In this document: positions 18,084 to 27,071 of the stretch, piece by piece
Layout of the letters: each line of letters opens with the position of its first letter
Position numbering within the stretch: the first letter of the stretch is position 1
NCBI GenBank assembly: GCA_965238005.1
Contig: OZ250165.1
Span: 2,464,001 to 2,528,000, forward strand
Reading direction: 5' to 3'
From: Longimicrobiales bacterium
GTDB taxonomy: Bacteria > Gemmatimonadota > Gemmatimonadetes > Longimicrobiales > Gaopeijiaceae
Length of the DNA stretch: 64,000 nt
The notes under the pieces: generated by a model
What the model saw: only the letters and a program-made list of their open reading frames with translations
Database searches by the model: none
Told to the model about the DNA's origin: nothing
Position numbers and translations under genes: made by a program

Positions 18084-19339
18084 TCGAATTTCAGGGCCTC
18101 CGCCACGTCGATCCTGGTGGCCTGGATGGCGGGATAGATGGATGCGGTGATTCCCACTACGGCGATGGACACGACGCTCTGGAGGACCTGAACGGCCCGA
18201 AACTCGGGAACGATGACCGGATCCATGACGATGCCCGAGAAGGTGAAGTCGTTGTCCATGAGGAAGGAGAAGTCCAAACCGTCGCGGAAGAAGATCCACG
18301 TCAGCGCGAAGCCGGCGATCATGCCCACCACGCCGGCCAGCGCCGTGAGGAGAACTCCCTCGAGGAAGATGACGACTCCCGTCTCTTTCGGCGTGAGGCC
18401 GAGAGCCTGGAGCACGCCGAACTCACGCCTCCGATAGAGGACCGACATGAGGATGGTGTTGAGCACGGCAAGGGCGACGATGGCGAACAGAATCGAGTGG
18501 AAGACGAAGTCGCCGTAGTCGTCGATGCGCACGGCGCTATGGAGCTGCGGGTACGCTTCGGTCCAGCTCACGACCCGGATCCCGTCACCGTCCAGGCCCT
18601 CCTCCAGAGCTTGGATGGCATCGGGCACGACCCGGCTCCCCGGAAGGATGGCCCCCACCGTGGTGACGGCCCCCTCGGCGTCCAGCCAGGCACGGGCCGT
18701 GGTGATGGGAATGTGAACCAGGCCCTCGTCCACCTCCGGGAGACCGCTCCTGAAAACGCCCACCACACGGACGAGCTGCCCTTCGATCTCACCGTCCGTC
18801 GACTGGGCCGTTAGGACGAAGCGCGAGCCGAGCCTGAGGCCGAGGCGCTCGGCCAACCCGGTGCCCACGTAAGCGGCCAGGCGGTCATCGACCTCGAGGT
18901 ATCGTCCCTCCACGACCTGCTCCGCCACGTGCGAGAAGTCGGACTCCGCCGCCGGATCCACGCCCTCGATCCCCACGGGCACGGCGGACGTCGTGGAGCT
19001 GGCGAGGCCGTTCGTCGAGAGCCGGATCGTGGTGGCCAGGGGGGCCATGGTAGCCGTCAGGTCGCCGAGAGCCGCGAGCGCGGCCTCGGCCTCGAGCCCC
19101 TCGAGTCGGTCGTCGAGGCTTCCGCTCTCCAAGTGGTCCGGAGCCTGAAGAAGAACGTGCCCGGCGCCCATGCGCACGCCGGCGTTGATCCAGTCCTCGT
19201 GTCCACCGTCGGCCAGTGATCGCGAGAACATGAGGAGTGCCAGGCCCAGGGCCATGGCCGAGGCCGTGAGGAGGCTCCTCCGGGTCTCCCGCCAAACACC
19301 TCGCCCGGCGAGGCGCATCAGGATCAGCGTGCGCCTCAT
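18080..19339 (-). CDS. ABC transporter permease (LolC/E, MacB-PCD/FtsX-like)
   Basis: N-terminal RRSLLT helix, periplasmic domain, NTILMSVLYRRREFGVLQALG, YPA. Confidence 0.9.
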   Translation of the reverse strand: MRRTLILMRLAGRGVWRETRRSLLTASAMALGLALLMFSRSLADGGHEDWINAGVRMGAGHVLLQAPDHLESGSLDDRLEGLEAEAALAALGDLTATMAPLATTIRLSTNGLASSTTSAVPVGIEGVDPAAESDFSHVAEQVVEGRYLEVDDRLAAYVGTGLAERLGLRLGSRFVLTAQSTDGEIEGQLVRVVGVFRSGLPEVDEGLVHIPITTARAWLDAEGAVTTVGAILPGSRVVPDAIQALEEGLDGDGIRVVSWTEAYPQLHSAVRIDDYGDFVFHSILFAIVALAVLNTILMSVLYRRREFGVLQALGLTPKETGVVIFLEGVLLTALAGVVGMIAGFALTWIFFRDGLDFSFLMDNDFTFSGIVMDPVIVPEFRAVQVLQSVVSIAVVGITASIYPAIQATRIDVAEALKFE

Positions 19340-20604
19340 GTGTCCGCCAGTGCGTCGGCCGGTGGGATCTTCACCGCCCGATACGCAGGGTAGAACGCCG
19401 CCAGGATCGAGGTCACCAGGAGGCCGACGGCACTGTACAGGGGACCTTCAAGGGTATACTCCGCCCTGAGAACGGGTCGGACGACGGCCCCCGCCATCGT
19501 GAAGTCTCCGAACATGCGCGAGAGGTCCGGCGGATAGTTGTGAAGCCAATACAGCACGGGCAGTGAGATGGCGACCCCGACGGCGAGGGCCAGAGTGCCG
19601 AGGATGAGCCCCTCGTAGACCACGGTTCGCGCCACGCTCATGGGCTGTGTGCCCAAGGCCCGTACCACCGCGAACTCGCGACGCCGCTCGTACGTACTGA
19701 GGAGCATGGTGTTGGCCACCCCGAACATGGCCATCACGAAGACGATCCCCACGATGATGGCGTTCACGGCCTTGGCGAGATTGGCGTACTCCGCCAACTC
19801 CGCCCGGAAGATCGTCCAGGGCCGAGGGGCGATCGGATACCCAAGGTCCTGGGCTGACAGGGCGGACGCCAGGGAATCCCCCACGGCCACGGCGCTCCAG
19901 GGATCGTCCAGTGAAGCGGCGATCTCGTGTACGCGATTGGGCGGCATCGCCATCAGATCCTGAAGAGCTCCGATGGGAAGCACCGCCAGGGACCCGTCCA
20001 GCGCCGGCATCCCGGTGTCGAAGACTCCGCTGATCCTATACAGATCGTTGCCCAGGGAGCCGTCGGTGGCCGGCACCACGAGGACGACCTCATCGCCGGG
20101 CCCGACATCGAGGATCGCGGCCATCTCGCTCCCGACCAGGATCTCCCGCTCTCCGGCTCTGGGCGGGCGCCCCTCCAGCGGCATAGCGAGAAGACGGGTG
20201 ACCCGGGGTTCCCGCTCGGGGTCCACACCCACCAGGACTCCGGCCACCGTCTCCCGCCCGGAGCTCACGAGGCCGCCCCCGTAGACGCGAGGCGCCGCGG
20301 CCGTCACTCCAGGAAGCGCCATCGTGGCGCGCACCAGCCCCTCGACGTCGATCCCGTCTCGACCACCGAGGGTCGAGTACATGCTTCGCTCGGGGTAGTA
20401 GTCTGGGGCGTGCACCTGGAGCTGCCCCGAGACCAGATTGGTCCCCGTCTCGATCATCTCGGCAATCATGCCGTGCCAGGTTCCGATCATGGTCACGGAC
20501 GCGAGATACCCGAAGGCGAGGGCCGAGGCGGTGATGAGCGTGCGCTTCCAATTGCGCCAGAGGTTCCGCCACGCCAGGCGCCACCACACCCACCGATCTC
20601 CCAT
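19336..20604 (-). CDS. ABC transporter permease (LolC/E, MacB-PCD/FtsX-like)
   Basis: LAWRNLWRNWKRTLIT, NTMLLSTYERRREFAVVRALG, YPAYRA. Confidence 0.9.
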   Translation of the reverse strand: MGDRWVWWRLAWRNLWRNWKRTLITASALAFGYLASVTMIGTWHGMIAEMIETGTNLVSGQLQVHAPDYYPERSMYSTLGGRDGIDVEGLVRATMALPGVTAAAPRVYGGGLVSSGRETVAGVLVGVDPEREPRVTRLLAMPLEGRPPRAGEREILVGSEMAAILDVGPGDEVVLVVPATDGSLGNDLYRISGVFDTGMPALDGSLAVLPIGALQDLMAMPPNRVHEIAASLDDPWSAVAVGDSLASALSAQDLGYPIAPRPWTIFRAELAEYANLAKAVNAIIVGIVFVMAMFGVANTMLLSTYERRREFAVVRALGTQPMSVARTVVYEGLILGTLALAVGVAISLPVLYWLHNYPPDLSRMFGDFTMAGAVVRPVLRAEYTLEGPLYSAVGLLVTSILAAFYPAYRAVKIPPADALADT

Positions 20605-20790
20605 CTAGTGTCCCGTCCCAGAAGTTCGCTGGCATTCGGGCGCCGATGCATCCATCCTAGCGGCGTTGCTCCTCCTCGGACCACGGCCTTCGGCCGCGGT
20701 GCCCGCGCTGCTATTCCTCGTCGTCGCGCCTTGCCAGGACGGCGCCTCGGCACCCTCGGTTCGGACCGAACTTCTGGGACGGGACACCAG
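20605..20790. mobile_element. MITE-like non-autonomous element (~185 bp)
   Basis: Perfect 21-bp terminal inverted repeats GTGTCCCGTCCCAGAAGTTCG (20608-20628) and CGAACTTCTGGGACGGGACAC (20767-20787), bounded by CTAG and CCAG; no transposase inside. Confidence 0.8.
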
Positions 20791-21591
20791 CTACCTTTGG
20801 CGACGGAGGTTGCGTAGCGAGAAGAACTCCTCGTCCACGCCGATGTCGAACTCCAGCTCATGGTACTGGATAACCGTGACCTCGCCGGGATCGTCCGCCG
20901 GCTCCACGGTCATGACGGTGGGAACCAACCGGCCGCCCATCACCAGGTGACCGCTGAAGGTCATGGTGCGGATCAGCTCATCGGACTCGTCGTAATATCG
21001 AGCCCAGGTGGGCATCAGGTCGTCCCGTCGCACCTGGTAGCGAATCTTGCCCCAGACCACGGGAGCCTCGGGGCGAGGGAGCAGGAGAAACTCCCAGACG
21101 TCCATGCCGTCCCTGGCCCCCTCGAACTCGATCTCGATCTCGTAGTCGTCGGCGAGCGTGCTCTCCTTCACGAGGTCATCGTTGGTGAAGTGCGAGCCCA
21201 TCCACGAGCCCATCATCATGGACGACGGCACCTTGATGGTGCGGTCCACCCTGGGCAGGTAGTTCCAGACCTCCTGCCCCGCCTTCAGGGTGGCTATGCC
21301 GGCCTCCTTGGCCGGTGTCTCCACCCGGACGAGCGCGTATTCGGTCCCCAGGGACCAGGCGCGGAGCGTGAGGGAGCGCTCCCAGTGCTCGGTCCGGATG
21401 TCCATGGTAAAGCGAGCCTCGCTGGACTCGCCTCTGAGCAGGCGGTCCACCTGATCGATGATCTCCCGGGCCGACTGAGCCCGGGCCGCCTGAGCCTGAG
21501 CCGCCTGAACTCGGGCCGGAAAAGGTGTCAGAACGCAAAGAAAAGCGGCCAACAGTGTCGCGACTGCGGGCCAGGGCCGAAAGGAAGTCAT
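20791..21591 (-). CDS. Outer-membrane lipoprotein-sorting protein (LolA-like)
   Basis: Signal peptide; WNYLPRVDRTIKVPSSMMMGSWMGSHFTNDDL and FFSLRNL family motifs. Confidence 0.88.
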   Translation of the reverse strand: MTSFRPWPAVATLLAAFLCVLTPFPARVQAAQAQAARAQSAREIIDQVDRLLRGESSEARFTMDIRTEHWERSLTLRAWSLGTEYALVRVETPAKEAGIATLKAGQEVWNYLPRVDRTIKVPSSMMMGSWMGSHFTNDDLVKESTLADDYEIEIEFEGARDGMDVWEFLLLPRPEAPVVWGKIRYQVRRDDLMPTWARYYDESDELIRTMTFSGHLVMGGRLVPTVMTVEPADDPGEVTVIQYHELEFDIGVDEEFFSLRNLRRQR

Positions 21592-22007
21592 GGTCCGTCA
21601 GGGGGTGGGCCCTCGAACGTGTAGCACCACGCCTCACCCTCGAGGACCGTCTCCCCATCCTTTCGCCGCACCGTGACGGCCAAGTTGGTCACCGGCTTCG
21701 TCTCGTGGACGCTCAGGACCACCGCCTCGGCGGTTATGGTATCACCGATGAAGACGGGGGCGGTGAACTTCCACTCCTGGCTCATGAACACAGTGCCGGG
21801 ACCCGGCATGTCCATGGCGACGAGGGCATGCAACAGGCCCGTCGTCAGGCCCCCCTGCACCACCAACTTGCCGAACGGCGTGGCGGCCACGAACTCCTCG
21901 TCGAAGTGGAGGGGGTTGTGGTCCCCGCTCAGAGCGGCGAACTGGGCTACGTGTGTGGATGTGAGCGTGATACTGCGAGAAGCTCGGTCGCCAACGCGCA
22001 CGTTCAT
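21588..22007 (-). CDS. MaoC-family dehydratase
   Basis: FAALSGDHNPLHFD, PGPGTVFMSQ, FTAPVFIGDTITA; ATGA overlap with the LolA-like gene. Confidence 0.9.
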   Translation of the reverse strand: MNVRVGDRASRSITLTSTHVAQFAALSGDHNPLHFDEEFVAATPFGKLVVQGGLTTGLLHALVAMDMPGPGTVFMSQEWKFTAPVFIGDTITAEAVVLSVHETKPVTNLAVTVRRKDGETVLEGEAWCYTFEGPPPDGP

Positions 22008-22183
22008 GGGCTTGGTCCGGTCGCGGTTTCCAGGTGCCTCGAAAGCTAGTCGAGTGCCCCGTTCCAGGGCAGTTAGCCACCAATATCGGATAAGGCACGC
22101 TCTTGAACTCGGCCATGAATGGGGGCATCCTGGAGACACAACCGCCTGACCTCCCTTGGATCGAACCGAGTGGAATAACCGTC

Positions 22184-23275
22184 ATGAGGCTCAAGACCAG
22201 CCCGGCCATCGAGGAAGCCCTGATCGCGATCGGCTTGCTAGGCGCCGCGATCTACCTGTATTACGTCATAGCGTTCTGGGGCATGGCCGATCGCTTTCAA
22301 CCAGGCGTGTTCAGAGACTACGTCACGGGGGCGGGGATGCAGGTGGAGATGTTCGTGGTGTGGGTCGGCTTCGGGGTCGCCGTCGCGGCCACCAACGCGT
22401 GGCTGGAATCCCCGCGCCTTCGTGAGCGTCCCTTCGGGCAGATCATTCTGATCAGAAGTGGGGTTTATCTGGCGGCGTTCTTTGTCGTCAGCGGTGCCAT
22501 TCACGTGATCCTGGGACTCTTCGTCCTCTCGGAGGCGGACCACATGGCGTTGATGGCCACTCTCAGCGGTCGGTTCGTCGTGTCGGCCTCGAGCTCGCTC
22601 GTTCTGAGCGTCGTCGGAGTCAACTTCCTCCTCGAGGTCCGCCGCAAGGTTGGTCCCGGCAACCTGATCGCTCTTCTCACGGGGCGTTATCACCGACCGA
22701 AAGATGAGGAGAGGTTGTTCCTGTTCCTGGATCTCAAGGACTCGACCGCGATCGCGGAGTCGTTGGGGCACAATGCGTACAGCCAGTTCCTGCGGTCCTG
22801 CTTTCAGGATCTCACGGCATTTGTGCTCCGGTACGGAGCCCAGATCTATCAGTACGTGGGAGACGAGGTGGTCCTCACGTGGGCGAGCACTAAGCCGCAC
22901 TCGAAAGAGAGCTGCCTCCAGACGTTCTTCGCCTTCCAAAACGAGCTCGAGCGGAAGAGCCACTGGTACCTCTCCAAGTTCGGCCTCGCACCGGAGTTCC
23001 GGGCTGGGGTGGATATGGGGACCGTCACTGTTGCAGAGGTCGGAGACGTAAAGCGGGAGATCGCCTACCACGGCGACCCCCTCAACACGGCCGCCCGGCT
23101 TCTGGAGCTCTGCAAGCAGTTCGGTCGCAGCATTCTGATCACCGGAGAGGTCGAAAAGGCGATATCGCGATCTCCGGACTTTCTCACGGAATGGCAGGGG
23201 GAACTCACTCTCAGGGGGAAGTCGGAGGACGTCGCCGTCTACGGAGTCTCCCTGCAGGTGGCGCCGAGCGCGTAG
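22184..23275 (+). CDS. Membrane-anchored adenylate/guanylate cyclase domain protein
   Basis: Four TM segments followed by FLDLKDST, YVGDE, GDPLNTAARL, LRGK. Confidence 0.88.
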   Translation: MRLKTSPAIEEALIAIGLLGAAIYLYYVIAFWGMADRFQPGVFRDYVTGAGMQVEMFVVWVGFGVAVAATNAWLESPRLRERPFGQIILIRSGVYLAAFFVVSGAIHVILGLFVLSEADHMALMATLSGRFVVSASSSLVLSVVGVNFLLEVRRKVGPGNLIALLTGRYHRPKDEERLFLFLDLKDSTAIAESLGHNAYSQFLRSCFQDLTAFVLRYGAQIYQYVGDEVVLTWASTKPHSKESCLQTFFAFQNELERKSHWYLSKFGLAPEFRAGVDMGTVTVAEVGDVKREIAYHGDPLNTAARLLELCKQFGRSILITGEVEKAISRSPDFLTEWQGELTLRGKSEDVAVYGVSLQVAPSA

Positions 23276-23342
23276 CAGGGATCGTCCCGACGGGCGCGCC
23301 GTGGGAGCCCTCGGTCAGCCCACCTCGCGCCTCACCTAATCG

Positions 23343-23401
23343 TTGCACAACAGCTACTTTCGGTTTACATGCGGTTCCTTGCCCCAAACAAAAACCGAAA
23401 G
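23343..23401 (+). promoter_or_regulatory. Promoter plus candidate SOS operator(s) of dnaE2
   Basis: TTGCAC(23343)-17 nt-TACATG; CTTTCGGTTTACATGCGGT at 23357-23375, and an inverted degenerate copy CCCAAACAAAAACCGAAAG at 23383-23401. Confidence 0.68.
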
Positions 23402-23403
23402 TC

Positions 23404-26400
23404 GTGTCCATACCTCCCTATATCGAGCTCCACTGTCACTCCGGCTTCTCCTTCCTGGACGGGGCCTCCCATCCCGAGGAGCTGGTCTTTCGGGCCCTGG
23501 AGCTGGGCTATCCGGCCCTGGCCCTCACCGATCACAACGGACTGTACGGCTCCATGGAGTTCGCGCAGACAGCCCGGGCCGAGGGGCTCCAGCCCATCAC
23601 GGGTGCCGAGGTCACCGTGGCCCTGGACATCCCGGGGATCCCCCAAGGCCTGGACGGACTCGACGCGGCGGACCCGGACGGTGATCCGCTGATCCGTGGC
23701 TGTCACATGACCCTCCTGGCCGAGACCCCGGCCGGGTATGCCAACCTGTGCCGGCTCCTGAGCGAGGCGCATCTGGAGAGTGAGCGCGGCCGCCCCACCC
23801 TTCCCCTCTCCTCCCTCTTCGCCCGCACGGAGGGCCTCATCGCCCTCACCGGGTGCCGGCAAGGTCCCCTCCTGGTCGCCCTGGAAGACAGCGTGGCCAC
23901 CGCGGAGCTCCTGGCCCGGCGCCTTCAGGGCGCTTTCGGATTTGGGCGGCTCTTCGTGGAGCTCCAGGACAACCAGGAAAAGGGGGACGACTACCGGAAC
24001 CGGAGCCTTGGCCGCCTGGCCGATCGTCTCGGGATTCCCGTGGTGGCCACCGGCAACGTCCACTACCACCGCCTCGAGCGGCATCGGCTGCAGGACGTCT
24101 TCGTGTCGATCCGGAACCGGACCACCCTGAACGGATCTCACGCGCAGAGGCGCTCCAACGCGCGCTTCTACCTGGCCTCCCCGGAAGAGATGGCGAGCCG
24201 CTTCCAGGGCCGCCCCGACGCCCTGTCCCACACCCTGGACATCGCCGCGCGGTGCGCCACCTTCGACCTCACCAAGGATCTCGGCTACACCTTCCCCGAC
24301 TTCCAGGGGAGCGACCGGGAAGGAGCCCTGGAGACCCTGGCGGCCGTCTGTCTGGCGAAGCTGGACGAGCGCTATGGCGGCTCGAAGTTGGAAGACGAAG
24401 CACGGGAGCGGCTCCATCAGGAGCTCAGGCTCGTGGATCTACACTGCCTGGCCGGTTTCTTCCTCGTCTACCGCGACATCATGGAGCTGGCCCGCGAGGT
24501 GGCCGGCGAGATCCGGGGAACCGCGCCGCGTGCTCACGCAGGACTGCCGCCGGGACGGGGTCGAGGATCGTCGGTTTCATCCATCATCTGCTATCTCATC
24601 GGCCTGTCCCACGTGGATCCGGTGCAGACGAACCTCTTCCTTGGGCGCTTCCTGAACGAAGCGATGCGGAGCGTCCCCGACATCGACCTCGACTTCCCAC
24701 GGGACATCCGGGAAGAGCTGATCCTGCGGGTCTACCAGCGCTACGGGAACGAGCACGCCGGCCTCGTGTGCGCCTTCCCCACGTACCGGATCCGCTCCAC
24801 GCTCCGGGAGATCGGCAAAGCCTTGGATCTACCCATGGGCGACCTGGAGAAGCTCTCGAAGCTGGCGGAGCGTCGCTCGGGCGGAGGCCTCATGGACGAG
24901 CTCCAGCGCTTGCCGGAATTCCGCGAAAAGGCCGAGTCGCCCTCGTGGAAGGCGCTCTGTGAGCTGGCCGACGACATCAAGGGCCTTCCCCGCCACATCT
25001 CCCAGCACGTGGGAGGAATGATCATCTCTAGCAGACCTCTCGTGGAGATCGTCCCCCTGGAGCCGGCGGCGTGGGAAGGTCGGGTTCTCTGCCAGTGGGA
25101 CAAGGACTCCTGCGACGACGCGGGATTCATTAAGATCGACTTCCTGGCCCTGGGCATGCTCTCGCTGGTGGAAGAGGCGGTGGACCTCATCGCGGAGCGC
25201 CACGGCCAGGCTCCGGACCTGTCCCGCATCGACTTCGCCGACCAGGCGGTCTACGATCGCATCTGCTCGGGCGACACCATCGGCATGTTCCAGGTGGAGA
25301 GCCGGGCCCAGATACAGATGCTTCGGCGCGTCCAGCCCCGGAATCTGAAGGATCTGGCGGTCCAGGTGGCCATCGTCCGGCCCGGCCCCATCGTCGGAGG
25401 CGCGGTCAACCCGTACGTGCGACGCAGGGAGCTCCTGCGCGAAGACCCCGACTTCCGGGTGCCGTACGACCATCCTCTACTGGAGGAGGCCCTGGGTGAG
25501 ACGCTGGGCGTCATCATCTTCCAGGATCAGGTCCTCAAGGTCTGCCAGGCCCTGGCGGGGTTTTCCGACGGCCAGGCGGAGAGCCTGCGGCGCTCCATGA
25601 GCCGTAAGCGCTCCAAGGAGGCCATGGACTCGCACTGGGACGCCTTCCGGGACGGGACACGGGCACGAGGAGTCGACGAGGTCACGGCCCAGAAGGTCTT
25701 CCAGCAGGTGACGGCCTTCAGCGAGTTCGGCTTTCCCAAGTCGCACGCGGCGGCGTTCGGCCTCCTGGCCTATCAGTCGGCGTGGCTCCGCTACTATTAC
25801 GGCCCCGAGTTCTACGTGGGCCTCTTCAACAACCAGCCCATGGGCTTCTACTCCCTGGACACCCTGGGCCGGGACGCACGGCGCCACGGTATCGGAATCC
25901 GTCTTCCGGACGTGAATCGAAGCCGGGTGAAGTGCACGGCCGAAGACGACGATCTGAGGGTCGGCCTGGGGTTCGTCCGGGGCTGGGGCACCGACATCGC
26001 CGAGCGTGTCGTGGAGGAGCGGGAGCGGAACGGGCCTTTCCTGTCGCTCTCTGACTTCCTCCGACGGACGCCGGCGACCCTGAAGAGGCCCGCGGTGGAG
26101 AACCTGATCTGGGTGGGAGGCTTCGAGAGCTTCGGCCTCACGCGGAGGGAGCTCCTATGGCAGGCCGGCCTCTGGCTCGGTCCCGAGGACGATGCTGAGC
26201 GGAGCGGTGGACGGGACGACCACCCCCAGGCCGAGCTCGGCCTGGATGATCCGTACGCACGCATCGCGTTTTCCGACCTCGAGGACACGGAGCGGATGGT
26301 GGCGGAGTACCGCATGCTCCGCTTCTCCACAAAGCTCCATCCCCTGGCCCTGCTCCGGGGCGAGCTTCCTTCCGAGACCGTCACCGGCGATCGATTCCCA

Positions 26401-26802
26401 GACCTTCCGAACCACTCCACCGTGACGGTGGCGGGCATCGTGGTGGCACGCCAAAGGCCCTCAACGGCAAACGGCTATGTCTTTGTCCTGATGGAAGATG
26501 AGTGCGTCCCTATAAACGTGATTGTGAAGCCCAAAGTTTACGACGAATGCCGCACGACGGTGCGGATGGAGCCCTTCTTGGTGGTTCGGGGGCGCCTGCA
26601 GAAGGACGGGCTGACCATGAACGTGATCGCGTTCGACGTGAAGGCGGTACGAGTGCGTGAGACCGCCCAGCCCGAGGAGCTCCACCCTACCCTTCCCGGA
26701 GTGCTGGAGTGGTGGGCCGAGCCGGAGCGCGGAGTCCGGACTCCTTTCCGGTATCTGACGGCGCTGAGACAGTCCCCCCCAGGGGTGAAAAACTTCGGAT
26801 GA
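23404..26802 (+). CDS. dnaE2: Error-prone DNA polymerase III alpha subunit DnaE2 (ImuC)
   Basis: YIELHCHSGFSFLDGASHPEEL, GRGSSVSS, PDIDLDF, PRHISQHVGG, QWDKD, KIDFLALG, GFPKSHA, NNQPMGFY and OB-fold RQRPSTA; short C-terminus without a tau-binding domain. Confidence 0.93.
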   Translation: MSIPPYIELHCHSGFSFLDGASHPEELVFRALELGYPALALTDHNGLYGSMEFAQTARAEGLQPITGAEVTVALDIPGIPQGLDGLDAADPDGDPLIRGCHMTLLAETPAGYANLCRLLSEAHLESERGRPTLPLSSLFARTEGLIALTGCRQGPLLVALEDSVATAELLARRLQGAFGFGRLFVELQDNQEKGDDYRNRSLGRLADRLGIPVVATGNVHYHRLERHRLQDVFVSIRNRTTLNGSHAQRRSNARFYLASPEEMASRFQGRPDALSHTLDIAARCATFDLTKDLGYTFPDFQGSDREGALETLAAVCLAKLDERYGGSKLEDEARERLHQELRLVDLHCLAGFFLVYRDIMELAREVAGEIRGTAPRAHAGLPPGRGRGSSVSSIICYLIGLSHVDPVQTNLFLGRFLNEAMRSVPDIDLDFPRDIREELILRVYQRYGNEHAGLVCAFPTYRIRSTLREIGKALDLPMGDLEKLSKLAERRSGGGLMDELQRLPEFREKAESPSWKALCELADDIKGLPRHISQHVGGMIISSRPLVEIVPLEPAAWEGRVLCQWDKDSCDDAGFIKIDFLALGMLSLVEEAVDLIAERHGQAPDLSRIDFADQAVYDRICSGDTIGMFQVESRAQIQMLRRVQPRNLKDLAVQVAIVRPGPIVGGAVNPYVRRRELLREDPDFRVPYDHPLLEEALGETLGVIIFQDQVLKVCQALAGFSDGQAESLRRSMSRKRSKEAMDSHWDAFRDGTRARGVDEVTAQKVFQQVTAFSEFGFPKSHAAAFGLLAYQSAWLRYYYGPEFYVGLFNNQPMGFYSLDTLGRDARRHGIGIRLPDVNRSRVKCTAEDDDLRVGLGFVRGWGTDIAERVVEERERNGPFLSLSDFLRRTPATLKRPAVENLIWVGGFESFGLTRRELLWQAGLWLGPEDDAERSGGRDDHPQAELGLDDPYARIAFSDLEDTERMVAEYRMLRFSTKLHPLALLRGELPSETVTGDRFPDLPNHSTVTVAGIVVARQRPSTANGYVFVLMEDECVPINVIVKPKVYDECRTTVRMEPFLVVRGRLQKDGLTMNVIAFDVKAVRVRETAQPEELHPTLPGVLEWWAEPERGVRTPFRYLTALRQSPPGVKNFG

Positions 26803-26811
26803 CGAAGGATC

Positions 26812-27033
26812 CTAAGGGTCGCCCCTCCACGTGTTGTTCGTGCGGTCCACGTCGGGGAAGAACATCCCGGGGTCGATGTCCACCCGGACCACAGCCCCAT
26901 CGACTCCGGTATCACGATCTCGAAGTCCGTCTCCCCGCTGAGGTGGCACCACCGGGCCCAGGATGGGACGCTCGATCTTCACGGTGGCCTGGGTCTCGAT
27001 GACCTGAGCGCCAGCGGAGGTGGGTCCGGCCAA
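26812..27033 (-). pseudogene. Possible C-terminal relic of an M1-type aminopeptidase
   Basis: VVRVDIDPGMFFPDVDRTNNTW resembles the V.IDP...PD.DR.NN.W tail of such proteins; no N-terminal part is present. Confidence 0.45.
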
Positions 27034-27071
27034 GCCGGTGAGGATGACCTATACACAAATCCGTCCACGTC

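Noticed and set aside
23191..23403. N-terminal extension of DnaE2
   Set aside because: It overlaps the cyclase 3' end and the promoter/operator; homology begins at YIELHCHS.
23404..26802. Intein in DnaE2
   Set aside because: No insertion with C...HN splice motifs was seen, and the length is normal for DnaE2.
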